A stretch of DNA of 64,000 bases from a virus. Lineage: Duplodnaviria > Caudoviricetes. How positions within the stretch are numbered: the stretch's first letter is position 1; each line of letters starts with the position of its first letter. The stretch is from IMG/VR virus record IMGVR_UViG_3300026549_000032, positions 96,001 to 160,000 of that record; one strand, given 5' to 3'. The notes under the pieces were generated by a model, which saw only the letters and a program-made list of their open reading frames with translations, was not told where the DNA came from and searched no databases. A program made the translations under genes and the position numbers. Positions 9,804 through 19,510 of this stretch are shown here, in pieces.

Positions 9804-10918
9804 AAAATTTTACAGGCTGGGGAACAAAGATTAGAAGAGACCTTAGCAAGAACTACTATGCCATATGGCAAAACTTAGTAACAACGCGTCTCGACCTGGG
9901 AGATGAGATTGCCCTAGAGCCGGAGAAGTCTGAGTTCATGGATGTTGGTATAACCTCCAGATGTAATGCATGTTGTCCGTTCTGCTATGTCAGTGCAAGC
10001 GATAAAGGTCTTGATTACAAGAATATTGCCAAGACATGGAAGAAATGGATGGCAACAATGCCCGCTGATAGACCAATAGATCCTAGTCTTCTCCCGGAGG
10101 ACGATCCATTGAAGGAGGTCTTTGATGACAAGCGAACTCCAAAAGAGCTGCTCATAGATATAGCAGAAATTGGAGCGGGTAAGAAAAAGACCAATGACGC
10201 TGGTGAAAACATGGACGACCTGGAGTTAATTCTCAAGATCAAATCCTTCACAGCCCTGGGACTTCCGCTGGTAGAAACATTTAGGCCTTATCAGGTGGCT
10301 TGTGGTTCGATTGGTGAGCCAACAATTCATCCAGAGTTTGTAGAATTCTTACAGGCTGTCTTTGAGACTGGTGTGGTTCCCAATTATACAACAAACGGAA
10401 TCGTACTCTCAGACTATAGGACACAAGAATGTAAGGACCTCCTAGAGGCAACTAAGCAGTTCTGTGGTGGTGTGGCAGTTAGCTTTGGTAATAAGAAACT
10501 TCACCCACATGCAAGAGTAGCTATAGAGAACTTAATTTTATACGGGGAATGCAAGGTGGTCATCCACCACATCATTAGTGACAAGGCTAGTGTGGACGAT
10601 ATGATTAGTCTTGCCAAGGAATATAAAGATCGACTCCACTACCACGTCCTGCTGCCACTTATGGCTCATGGTCGTAGTAAGGAAGGCCTCCAGGAAGGAG
10701 TCTTTGAGTATATGTATGAGAAATGTGAAGAGGAAGGAGTGACGAATTTGGCCTTTGGTGCTAACTTCGCTCCTCAATTGAAGGCACATCCAGACCTCTT
10801 CCCCGTCTATGAGTATCCTCAGGAGATCTATAGCAAGAATGTACTCCTGCAGGAGGATAAAGTAGTAATAACACCAAGTAGCTTTAATTTAAAGCCATGC
10901 AAGACGATAGAATTGTAG
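9800..10918 (+). CDS. Radical SAM enzyme
   Basis: CNACCPFCY (CxxxCxxC), GEPTIHPEF, NYTTNG, VAVS; long insertion after the cluster motif; no C-terminal SPASM Cys cluster seen. Confidence 0.92.
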   Translation: MKNFTGWGTKIRRDLSKNYYAIWQNLVTTRLDLGDEIALEPEKSEFMDVGITSRCNACCPFCYVSASDKGLDYKNIAKTWKKWMATMPADRPIDPSLLPEDDPLKEVFDDKRTPKELLIDIAEIGAGKKKTNDAGENMDDLELILKIKSFTALGLPLVETFRPYQVACGSIGEPTIHPEFVEFLQAVFETGVVPNYTTNGIVLSDYRTQECKDLLEATKQFCGGVAVSFGNKKLHPHARVAIENLILYGECKVVIHHIISDKASVDDMISLAKEYKDRLHYHVLLPLMAHGRSKEGLQEGVFEYMYEKCEEEGVTNLAFGANFAPQLKAHPDLFPVYEYPQEIYSKNVLLQEDKVVITPSSFNLKPCKTIEL

Positions 10919-11079
10919 ATTTTACAACATGCGCAGGAATCGTAGATTTTTATAGCTCCTGTCGTGCGCCAACGGAAAGAGAAAAACTCAAGAGGAGTCT
11001 CAAGATGGATAACGACACTTGGGAGATCTATGAAGCCTGGCTGGACAGTAAGAACGACGATTGGCTTATCTTGAGCTGA
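10897..11079 (+). CDS. Small hypothetical protein
   Basis: 60-aa ORF filling the gap in the operon. Confidence 0.5.
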   Translation: MQDDRIVDFTTCAGIVDFYSSCRAPTEREKLKRSLKMDNDTWEIYEAWLDSKNDDWLILS

Positions 11080-11080
11080 G

Positions 11081-11890
11081 ATGTTTGGTCATACTAAACA
11101 ATTCAAACAGCTTACCGAAGAAAAGAAAGAAGAAAAACCTCCCATAAAACCTCTCCTAGAGGACCTACAGTTTATATCAGACTGTTACAGGGCGTTCTTT
11201 AAGATAGGGGTTAATGATTCTTGGAAGGTTGTATTCAGAGAATTCTTTAAGCAGGTTAAGTTTCACTTTGGTGATAGACGATTCTTGGTCGTTACTAGAT
11301 CAGACTTTGTTGATATGGCCGACAGACAAGGAATCCTAGTATTCAGTAGAGAAGAAGATAAAACTGAAAGAATGGGGACATTCAAGTCTAGGACCCTATT
11401 TAATTGTAGCCTAGGATTTGTCTATGATTTTATCAAGACCGTTCCTAGTGTGACATTAAAGGACGGTATAGAAGCTGGTAACCTTGTATTCCAAGTACAC
11501 CAAGGAGTCATAGAGAAAGGTGGTCGAAAATTAGTAACTACCATTCAACGTGAGAGTCCAGAAGAGATCACTGCCAGAGCAATTTTCAATGCTCTCTGGG
11601 GAATATTCACAGAACCTAAAAGGAGTGTAATAGGAACTCCCATCGAACTAGCTGCGACGAGTGTGGCATCTGGTTTTAGACCAGACTGTGATTATGTAAA
11701 GAGCAATGAAAGGCCGACAGGAGTTAGTAAGTATGTGGTGCCGGAGGACAATATCTTGGTTGGAAAAGGGAAGGACAACGAAAAAGAAATTAAGTTTACA
11801 CCAACACCGTTTGGATATATAATTTGGTTAAGTCCAGACGTAGATGGCGGAATAGTAGAGAAAGTAGGATGGTTATACTCAAGGGTATAA
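11081..11890 (+). CDS. Hypothetical protein
   Basis: 269-aa ORF. Confidence 0.7.
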   Translation: MFGHTKQFKQLTEEKKEEKPPIKPLLEDLQFISDCYRAFFKIGVNDSWKVVFREFFKQVKFHFGDRRFLVVTRSDFVDMADRQGILVFSREEDKTERMGTFKSRTLFNCSLGFVYDFIKTVPSVTLKDGIEAGNLVFQVHQGVIEKGGRKLVTTIQRESPEEITARAIFNALWGIFTEPKRSVIGTPIELAATSVASGFRPDCDYVKSNERPTGVSKYVVPEDNILVGKGKDNEKEIKFTPTPFGYIIWLSPDVDGGIVEKVGWLYSRV

Positions 11891-11947
11891 TCCCTATTTT
11901 CTCTTTTCCTTATTCATGATTAATATGAACAACAAACTTTTAAGACA

Positions 11948-14143
11948 ATGGAAGCAATAAGAAAATTACTACAAGAACAGTTTAAGAATCTCCTAGCAAC
12001 TGGACATTTATTCAGGTCTAATATTGAAGGAGACTTGTTGTGGGCGGGTTATCTGGAAGGATTCAACCAGGATCCAATCTGGCGAGCCGAGGATAGCTCA
12101 ATTCACAACTGTAACTATTGTAAAGGTTTTATTCGCCATTATGGACCGATCGTAGCTATCAATCAGAACTACGAGCTCATCTCGTTATTTGATATAGATG
12201 ACAACAAGATCCCTGACGAATATAAGAAGTCTATTAAGGATATGCGCGACCTGATTCGTGCACAGGGAAAGGTCAATGATATCTTCATCGAGTCGTTTGC
12301 TCACCTGGCTGATCCGCGTACCCCGTATGAAGAGAATCCGAAAGACAATCAGCCTACATATCGAATTGGCGTTGAACATAATATCAAGAGATACTTGGCT
12401 GAAGATATAGCTAGATGGCCAAACTCTGGCTTCAAGCTCAATCAGGTGGAGACGTATCGTCACTTCTACCTGGATCTGCCTCGTGAGTATGTCAACTTCA
12501 GTACTTCATCAATTCAAGAGATCATGTCTATTAAGAGAAGTACGAAGGATGCATTCAAGCGTATCTTGGACGAAGTTAGTCCTGATACTATGCAGCTAGT
12601 AATCGAGCTTGAGGAGCAGGGTAGCTTGCTTAATGCAGCTCAGTATATGCCCTCCTTGAAAAAGTGTTTAGAGGTAGCTGAGCAATACCAGAGCCTGACT
12701 GCCAAGCAGCGAGACAATTTCGCCTGGATTCAGAGCCTGGAGAACCGTGGTGCCATAATCAAGAATAGTAGTGCACTCGGAAAACTTCTTGAGGATCTGG
12801 CTGATGGTGAAACAAGTTTGGAGAAAGCTTGTGAGAGCTACAATTATATGGTAGATTCCGCAAACTATCGTAGAGCAACTGCTCCCGTCTCAAAGAGTGC
12901 CATCCTAAAGGCCCAGGAGTTCATTGAGAAGAATGGATTCGAAGAGTCCTTCATTCGTAGGTGTGCAACTATCGAGGATATCCAGGCCGACTTGGTGCTC
13001 TTCAGTAATCAGACGGAGACACAGACTAAGACGAAGGTGTCCATCTTCGATGGCCTGAAACCAACTACTGTGGCTAAGACGAACAACATGGCCAAAGGTT
13101 TCGATAAGCTAGAGAAGGTTCCCGTCGATGCCTTCATGACTGACTTCTTGCCGAGATGTGAGAGCGTGGAAGTTTACTTGGACAATATTCACAAGAATAA
13201 CTTCATGACCCTCCTCACCTCGAACAACAAGGACAGCAAGAGGATTTTCAAGTGGATGAACAACTTTAGCTGGTCCTATGTTGGTGGCAATGCAGGTAAG
13301 TCTATGATCAAGACGGCCGTTAAACAGGCTGGTGGTAATGTAGAAGCACCGTTCAGATTCTCCATCATGTGGAACGAAGATTGGCAGACGAATCCCGTTA
13401 CCGTGGACTTTGATGCCCATGCTATCGAGCCTAATGGAGTGGAGATATTCTACTCAACCCCCTACCGAAAGGATAGAGGAAATCAGATGACTCCATGCTC
13501 GGGACAGCTGGATATTGACATGATCAATCCTCCAAAGACTGGTGTTGAGAATATTTACTGGACAAACACCGCCCGACTGAAGGATGGTAAGTATGTACTG
13601 TTTATCAACAACTTTGGTGGTACAAACCGTGGATGTAAGGCAGAGATCTTCATTGATGGCGTGACCTATCAGTATCATGTCACTAAAGCCTTCAGGAACA
13701 AAGAGAATCAGACTATAGCAGAGGTTTGGATTAAGGATGGACATCTCCAGAAGATCGACCACTCTCAGTGGCTGGTCAAGGAGGAAACAAAGCAGGAAAC
13801 CGTATATGGCCTGGATACATGTCAGTTCCATCCCGTTAGCCTGGTTTGTGTAAGTCCTAATTATTGGCAGGGAGAGGGAGTCGGTAATAAGCACTACTTC
13901 TTCATGCTGAAGGGTGCTAAGGCTCCGGAGAAGATTCGTTCTATTTACAACGAATTCTTGATCCCAGAACTCTACAACTATCGAAAGGTGTTGGAAGTTC
14001 TCGGTAATCAGCTGAAGGTAGACTCTACACCTAACCAGCTGTCCGGTCTCGGCTTCAATGCTACCGTACGTGATGAAGTTGTACTCCGCTTAACAGGAGA
14101 CTTCGAAAATAATAAACAAAAACTCATTAAAGTAACATTCTAA
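11948..14143 (+). CDS. Large phage protein with C-terminal YfaP/DUF2135-like domain
   Basis: 731 aa; HNCNYC near N-terminus; DFDAHAIEPNG..GQLDIDM..VENIYW resembles DUF2135. Confidence 0.6.
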   Translation: MEAIRKLLQEQFKNLLATGHLFRSNIEGDLLWAGYLEGFNQDPIWRAEDSSIHNCNYCKGFIRHYGPIVAINQNYELISLFDIDDNKIPDEYKKSIKDMRDLIRAQGKVNDIFIESFAHLADPRTPYEENPKDNQPTYRIGVEHNIKRYLAEDIARWPNSGFKLNQVETYRHFYLDLPREYVNFSTSSIQEIMSIKRSTKDAFKRILDEVSPDTMQLVIELEEQGSLLNAAQYMPSLKKCLEVAEQYQSLTAKQRDNFAWIQSLENRGAIIKNSSALGKLLEDLADGETSLEKACESYNYMVDSANYRRATAPVSKSAILKAQEFIEKNGFEESFIRRCATIEDIQADLVLFSNQTETQTKTKVSIFDGLKPTTVAKTNNMAKGFDKLEKVPVDAFMTDFLPRCESVEVYLDNIHKNNFMTLLTSNNKDSKRIFKWMNNFSWSYVGGNAGKSMIKTAVKQAGGNVEAPFRFSIMWNEDWQTNPVTVDFDAHAIEPNGVEIFYSTPYRKDRGNQMTPCSGQLDIDMINPPKTGVENIYWTNTARLKDGKYVLFINNFGGTNRGCKAEIFIDGVTYQYHVTKAFRNKENQTIAEVWIKDGHLQKIDHSQWLVKEETKQETVYGLDTCQFHPVSLVCVSPNYWQGEGVGNKHYFFMLKGAKAPEKIRSIYNEFLIPELYNYRKVLEVLGNQLKVDSTPNQLSGLGFNATVRDEVVLRLTGDFENNKQKLIKVTF

Positions 14144-14556
14144 TGTACAAAAAAGCAACACGACTGAAGCTCCGCTTCAATGTAGGTAACGGTCCCTTGA
14201 CTGTTGATCAGCTTTGGGACATCAACATGAATAGCCTGAAGAAGGTTGTAGAAGTAACTCACAAGCAGCTCAAGGAATTGTCTCAGGCCAATGATGATGA
14301 TGACCTCGCCTTCCTCGAGTCTGAAACTCCCGTCGAGAACAAGGAGTTGGATCTGGCTAAGCTCCGTTTCGAAATTGCCAAAGACGTCTATGTGACTCGC
14401 CGCGATGAGCGTACAGCTGCCAGCGAAGACGCTAAGAACGCCGCTGAGATCAAGCACTTAGAGGAAGTTTTGGCCCGTCGTAAAGAACAGGAATTGGAGA
14501 ACCTCAGCTCGGAGGAACTCGAGAAGAAGATTGCTGCTCTGCGAGAGAAGAAATAG
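14143..14556 (+). CDS. Coiled-coil phage protein, translationally coupled to the 731-aa gene
   Basis: TAATG overlap; KLRF...LTVDQLWD motif; coiled-coil C-terminus. Confidence 0.75.
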   Translation: MYKKATRLKLRFNVGNGPLTVDQLWDINMNSLKKVVEVTHKQLKELSQANDDDDLAFLESETPVENKELDLAKLRFEIAKDVYVTRRDERTAASEDAKNAAEIKHLEEVLARRKEQELENLSSEELEKKIAALREKK

Positions 14557-14602
14557 GAGAAAGAAAAAGAGAACCCTAGAGAATTAACTCTAGAGTTTTC
14601 TT

Positions 14603-14893
14603 TTATTTTTCAAGGCTCTTGGCAATGGCCTCTTTAAGCTCATCATAAATTGACTGAAGACTTGCTAAGTCTAAGAGATCAGCAGTAGTTCCCTTTTCTG
14701 GTCCCTCAACACACAAGGTATTCCCATCAGCCAACGTTAAGTTTCGATAGGGATGTCGTGTAGTGATTGGGAAGGCGGTAAGATTTGTTTCTACCATCCA
14801 CTCAGTCATAGTCTGAAGAAGCTTGATCTTCAGATTCTCTGTTACTTCACTAATCTCTTCAATCTGTCTACTAAATTTTATCTTGTCTATCAT
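14603..14893 (-). CDS. Hypothetical protein
   Basis: 96-aa ORF, ATGA-type overlap. Confidence 0.6.
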   Translation of the reverse strand: MIDKIKFSRQIEEISEVTENLKIKLLQTMTEWMVETNLTAFPITTRHPYRNLTLADGNTLCVEGPEKGTTADLLDLASLQSIYDELKEAIAKSLEK

Positions 14894-15189
14894 AAGCCAA
14901 AGCCCTCCTTCTTTATTCGCTTCCTGTCATATACCGGGAGATTCTTAAGCCATTCATTAACCCACTCTTTGTTTCTGTTCTGGTAGGATACACGAATGCC
15001 TTCTTCTCTAGCGTCCTTGAATTCTGGAGTCATGGAAGTAATGGATACTACCTTTAGGACTAAGCCTCTCGGGAATTCAATGTTGACAAGATGCTTCTTT
15101 GTATAAACTTGTTCATCACTATCTAAGACGTCTGTTTTCTTTGTCGTCTCACAATTATTCAATAAGTATTGTAGTATTTGTTTCATCAT
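14890..15189 (-). CDS. Hypothetical protein
   Basis: 99-aa ORF directly after CCTTATA (15191-15197). Confidence 0.65.
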   Translation of the reverse strand: MMKQILQYLLNNCETTKKTDVLDSDEQVYTKKHLVNIEFPRGLVLKVVSITSMTPEFKDAREEGIRVSYQNRNKEWVNEWLKNLPVYDRKRIKKEGFGL

Positions 15190-15204
15190 ATATAAGGCTT
15201 TTCA

Positions 15205-15600
15205 CGGAAAACAGAGAGGACTATAAAGAAAATTACACCTCAGATTAGGTGCACAAAGGAGTGAGCGCAGCGATTCCCACATAGACAAGCAGTAACAAAA
15301 CCAGCACCCGCTCGGCCAAAGATTCTTTACGCTCCACTTCGCTTCTCCACGAAGCTCGTTCCACTAAACTTTGTCCTCGCGGGCCTCTGGGTTACGACCC
15401 CTCTTCGTCTCCGACAGCAAGGTCTCCGACTCATCGGCCGCTTCGCGGAAGGTCGAACCTTGAGGTGGTATTATGTATTATTTTTCGTAGCTGAGCACGA
15501 GCATAGCGAGGGCGAGGCAGAGAGGTGTAATTTCTATGACATTTTTTGGCAAAAACTTATAATAGTCTCTTTCGCATAAAAAATTACACCTTTAGGGGAC
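15205..15600. repeat. Non-coding origin-like region with three AAATTACACCT boxes
   Basis: AAATTACACCT at 15230-15240 (+), 15523-15533 (-) and 15581-15591 (+), flanking GC-rich hairpin-prone sequence. Confidence 0.6.
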
Positions 15601-15654
15601 TCCCTGGGGGAGGCTCCTGGGTCAAAAAAGAAAGGGACCGAAGTCCCCGAAGAA

Positions 15655-17709
15655 TTATTTCTTCTTAGTAAAAGTTAATCCATTATCTCCGTTTACTTTG
15701 GCTCGAGCAACTTCAAACCATTTCTTGAGATCACTGGCTTTGGCTTTTATTGTTAAGCCAAAATCTTTGTAGACTTTTGCTAATCTATTTTTAGCCTCAG
15801 CATTAGTCAGTCTTTCTCCAACGGAGAACTCGGAATAAACTTTTTCTTTTAATCCTTCTTCGTCGATTACCTCTTCTGGTTCGAGCATCTGATTAAGCCT
15901 CGTAATATGATATCCGTTAGCCATAATCACATCTCTTCCCAAGCTCAGGTAGCCACGAATCTTACTATCCATCTGGTTTTCGACTATGTCTCTAACTTCT
16001 GGTGTCATGTTCGATTCACATAACCATCTCAGTTTATCTACTAACGTTGTCTGGCGTTCGATCGAAAGTAGTGCTACTTTAACGTCGAGTGCTGTTTGGC
16101 TCTCTTTCCCACCAAAAACCTCGTCAATTGTACTGAAGACTGTGAATCTATCCTTGTAGTCGATTTGCTGGATATCGAATGCTCTCTGTTCTGCGATGAG
16201 CACTAAATTGTTCATGACGGGAAGTTTATTTCTCCCTGCATGTTTATTAATGCCTACGTAGTCATCTTTGTAGTTTCTATCTCTACACCTATCCTCCAGC
16301 TGCTTAACAGCTACGTCTTTATTAGGGGCCGCCTGATAGTTCTCTAAGGCTGCTTCACTAAAACGAATTTTGATCTCGATCTTTCTTTCGTAATCTTCTC
16401 GAGTCATTTTTCGATTAGTTTCTTCATCCCTGAGAGTTTTGTAGTAGAACTCCGCTGAATTCTTCCATGGATTCTCTTCAAGTCTTTGTCTTCCGAGAAT
16501 CTGAGGAAGATCCAAGCTTATATCTACTGCCAAGCAGTCCACATTAGCGTCACTTAGAATAAATGTCCTAGCATTATCAGAATAGAAGTCAGCCCCAAGG
16601 TAGACCGTTCTTGTACAGATCGTAAACATCTTCCTAGGTTCATCCTTTAGAGGAACTTTTCCGATGATATACTTTTTCGAACCTAGGCCCTTGTTAAATT
16701 TGGCCTGATTATCTGGGGTATTACTACAAAGGATATTCACTTCCTCTGGTTGAATACCACACTTCTTTATGATCTGGATGATATTCTTTACGGAGTTAAC
16801 GAAGATCATAGCTTCTCTACTTTCTATGGTCCTGATCTGACCAGTATCTTTGTCTACCTCCCTGAAAGTTTCAAACTTACCTCTCCTATATTCTCTTACT
16901 ATTCTCTTAATAGGTTCATAGATAGAGTCGATTATTCTAACTTTCAAGTTTGGTTTCCTTGTTCTTCCCGGGTCAGCTGTCTCCCAATCTAATTCATAGT
17001 AAGGAAGATTAGCAAATTCTGGGATTCTCTGGAGGTATGTCCTCATCATCGGGGTAGCACTCAGGTAGCAAACCTTATCTATCCCTTGGAGGACGTTAAC
17101 GAACTCCAGTTCCGTATCACTTTTAAATCTACTGTCGACGAAAATTGATTGAAACTCGTCAACTATCACTTGGAATGAGTCTAATAAGCCAAACTCGATC
17201 AGTACATCTTTGAGTTGGCGAAAAGAGTCGTAGGTTACGATAATCTTTAAGGGTAAGCCTTTCCTAGCCATGTTGGCTTGATAGGTCCTTAGTTCTCTAC
17301 GAAGTTTTTCTCGGAAGGAATTGTCAGCTTTAGCTGTATCCTCAGCCAGTTTCCGGAGGAATTCTTCTACGTCGATTCCTTCATCTCTGGCCTTGTCTTC
17401 TTCACTTCGATCCATTCCAGTTTTATCAATATCTTTATCAATATTGAGGTCATAATCTCTAGAGTCGTTGACTACTCTATAGACCGTGTCCGGATGCTGT
17501 TCCCATTTATTCTGAATCAGCATGTTTCTCGGACTACATAGGACAACGTTATCCTGGTTTGTGAGACACCATTCGGTGAAGCCACACCCAGGGATCTGTT
17601 TGTCCATAATGTGGGGAATCCTAGGAAAGTTGTTGTAGAATTCTTTCCAGTCCCCAATGTACCTAATTCCAGGAGGTACAATTAATGTTGTTACGTTATT
17701 ATTTTTCAT
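15655..17709 (-). CDS. SF2 helicase-fold protein, possible origin-binding/replication protein
   Basis: IPGCGFT (degenerate Walker A), IVDEFQ, LSATP, IFVNSV, TVYLGADF, QILGRQR. Confidence 0.8.
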   Translation of the reverse strand: MKNNNVTTLIVPPGIRYIGDWKEFYNNFPRIPHIMDKQIPGCGFTEWCLTNQDNVVLCSPRNMLIQNKWEQHPDTVYRVVNDSRDYDLNIDKDIDKTGMDRSEEDKARDEGIDVEEFLRKLAEDTAKADNSFREKLRRELRTYQANMARKGLPLKIIVTYDSFRQLKDVLIEFGLLDSFQVIVDEFQSIFVDSRFKSDTELEFVNVLQGIDKVCYLSATPMMRTYLQRIPEFANLPYYELDWETADPGRTRKPNLKVRIIDSIYEPIKRIVREYRRGKFETFREVDKDTGQIRTIESREAMIFVNSVKNIIQIIKKCGIQPEEVNILCSNTPDNQAKFNKGLGSKKYIIGKVPLKDEPRKMFTICTRTVYLGADFYSDNARTFILSDANVDCLAVDISLDLPQILGRQRLEENPWKNSAEFYYKTLRDEETNRKMTREDYERKIEIKIRFSEAALENYQAAPNKDVAVKQLEDRCRDRNYKDDYVGINKHAGRNKLPVMNNLVLIAEQRAFDIQQIDYKDRFTVFSTIDEVFGGKESQTALDVKVALLSIERQTTLVDKLRWLCESNMTPEVRDIVENQMDSKIRGYLSLGRDVIMANGYHITRLNQMLEPEEVIDEEGLKEKVYSEFSVGERLTNAEAKNRLAKVYKDFGLTIKAKASDLKKWFEVARAKVNGDNGLTFTKKK

Positions 17710-17785
17710 ACTAAAAACGTTGATTTAACAAATGAAATAGACCCCATCGTTTTTAATTAAAACAATGAGATCTTTACTATCCATA

Positions 17786-17814
17786 TATAAGGGTTTCATG
17801 GCTTCTGAGACGGT
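17786..17814 (-). promoter_or_regulatory. Bipartite phage promoter ACCGTC-N16-CCTTATA
   Basis: Same architecture at 18176-18205, 18716-18744 and 37249-37278. Confidence 0.65.
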
Positions 17815-17837
17815 GGGTCCAAAAAGAAAAGAAAGGG

Positions 17838-18068
17838 CTACTTAGTAGCAGCCTGCTTTCCTTCTTCTTCGTATTTATCTGTTTTGTTCCAAAGCCATAC
17901 AACGGCTGGACCACAGACAATCATCATCACTGTACCGAAAATTTTCTCGGTCTTACTCATTTCATCACTGAAATCTGCAAAACTAGCAACTTCAAAAAAT
18001 GTTACCAGTAATACGAGGACCATGCCTAAGAAGCATGCAATCCATTTTGCAATTGTTAACTTTTTCAT
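17838..18068 (-). CDS. Small two-TM membrane protein
   Basis: Two hydrophobic helices. Confidence 0.65.
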   Translation of the reverse strand: MKKLTIAKWIACFLGMVLVLLVTFFEVASFADFSDEMSKTEKIFGTVMMIVCGPAVVWLWNKTDKYEEEGKQAATK

Positions 18069-18175
18069 GTCTTTATTCTATTAGTTTGTTTCTCTTGCTT
18101 AATTAAAAATGACCGAACTACTTTCTCGCTGTTCGGTCTCTAGGTAGAGAATTAATTCATCTCTTTCTCTACATA

Positions 18176-18205
18176 TATAAGGTTTTCGACCCTTTCCTAG
18201 ACGGT
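18176..18205 (-). promoter_or_regulatory. Bipartite phage promoter ACCGTC-N17-CCTTATA
   Basis: Motif pair read directly from sequence. Confidence 0.65.
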
Positions 18206-18312
18206 CATTTTTTAAGGACCTTCTTGAGGATCAGGTAGATGATATACATTCCTAGTGCCCCAGCGCACCAAATTCCTAAATCGATTAAGTCTTTTGGATC
18301 AATGTAAATCAT
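18205..18312 (-). CDS. 35-aa membrane peptide (not in ORF track)
   Basis: MIYIDPKDLIDLGIWCAGALGMYIIYLILKKVLKK; CCTTAC at 18321-18326. Confidence 0.55.
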   Translation of the reverse strand: MIYIDPKDLIDLGIWCAGALGMYIIYLILKKVLKK

Positions 18313-18337
18313 ATTCACTGGTAAGGAAAAGAAAAGG

Positions 18338-18691
18338 CTATTTGTTAGCCTCTTCCTCTTTCTTTAACCACTCGACGGATCCAACGACATCACATATATT
18401 GTCTAGGGTCGCCAGGAGTTCATAATTCTGCATCTTTTCCAAGTCCTCTTTGGATTGGATGGGGATGTATGTTATTCTTCTTCTCTCCTTAATGGCCTCT
18501 TGTGTGAGTCGATCCATAACCTCGTTGTAGAGGTCGAGTGACATGTAGCGTTTTTCGTCATTTAGTTTTTCCCAAACTTTATCGACCAGGTACTCCCTTC
18601 CCCGGCGATACGCTTTCTTACATAGAATTGGTGTCCCAATCAGGACTGTCAATATTCCAAGTAAGATTAATCCATTTGATTTTGTTTTCAT
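18338..18691 (-). CDS. Hypothetical protein with N-terminal TM
   Basis: 117 aa, own promoter motif. Confidence 0.65.
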   Translation of the reverse strand: MKTKSNGLILLGILTVLIGTPILCKKAYRRGREYLVDKVWEKLNDEKRYMSLDLYNEVMDRLTQEAIKERRRITYIPIQSKEDLEKMQNYELLATLDNICDVVGSVEWLKKEEEANK

Positions 18692-18715
18692 TTTTAATAG
18701 ATTTATTTCTTCATA

Positions 18716-18744
18716 TATAAGGCGTTGAGTACTATTTTGACAGT
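18716..18744 (-). promoter_or_regulatory. Bipartite phage promoter ACTGTC-N16-CCTTATA
   Basis: One mismatch to the ACCGTC box. Confidence 0.55.
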
Positions 18745-18759
18745 AAAAGAAAAGGGAAT

Positions 18760-18936
18760 TTACTTCCCCTTCCTTGGTAATTCATATACGGCAATTCCTC
18801 GTAAGTTTTTGCCGATAGCTTTCTTTACACCTTTCGTAAAGGCCCAGCCCACCAAGTAGGCACCTATTACTGTCAAAACTGCTTTAGCTGTCTCATTGAG
18901 TAGCCAATCTACTGTTTCCTCTTGCTCTTTTGTCAT
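18760..18936 (-). CDS. 58-aa membrane peptide (not in ORF track)
   Basis: MTKEQEETVDWLLNETAKAVLTVIGAYLVGWAF...; starts just after the preceding stop. Confidence 0.55.
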   Translation of the reverse strand: MTKEQEETVDWLLNETAKAVLTVIGAYLVGWAFTKGVKKAIGKNLRGIAVYELPRKGK

Positions 18937-18937
18937 T

Positions 18938-19447
18938 TTACTCTACCTTATTGAAGTTATTATAATTATAGTAAGTGTTCATCTCAAACCTATGAGTCAC
19001 GTCCTGTTCGACTTGAACTCTCATGTATCTTTCATTGGCTATCTTAAGAGCAGCTTCCTCGTTAGGAGCTCTGAAGTGGAAAGTCCATCCATGACTGTCT
19101 ACGCAGAAAACGTCATTGATTACATTGAATGAGTCTGATGCATAGTAGTAATCGTCTCCTTGACTTTCATCGATTTCCCCAAGACATCGAGCGCTCCAGT
19201 AGGCTTTACCTTTCTCAATGTCTCTTCTTTCCCCACAATTAATTGATCTGTGGACATACCAACCGAATACCCAGTCTTGATTTTCCTCACCAAGTACGTA
19301 CTCCTCAACGTCTGCTTTTCCATCATAGGAGCTGTCGCTGATAGATTCTCTGTACTTTTCAGCCTTCTTTTTGTCTAAGAATACTCTACAAATGTGATAA
19401 TCACTGTAACTTCCTTTAGTTACTACATAAACTTTTTGTTCTTCCAT
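18938..19447 (-). CDS. Hypothetical phage protein
   Basis: KVYVVTKGSYSDYHICRVF N-terminus, common in phage accessory proteins. Confidence 0.7.
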   Translation of the reverse strand: MEEQKVYVVTKGSYSDYHICRVFLDKKKAEKYRESISDSSYDGKADVEEYVLGEENQDWVFGWYVHRSINCGERRDIEKGKAYWSARCLGEIDESQGDDYYYASDSFNVINDVFCVDSHGWTFHFRAPNEEAALKIANERYMRVQVEQDVTHRFEMNTYYNYNNFNKVE

Positions 19448-19510
19448 CTATTATTCTTTTATTATTCACATATAAGGCATAGACAAACAATAAACACCTT
19501 ATGATTGAAT

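Noticed and set aside
15240-15520. tRNA or CRISPR repeats in the GC-rich intergenic region
   Set aside because: No cloverleaf or TTCGA T-loop context and no regularly spaced identical repeats.
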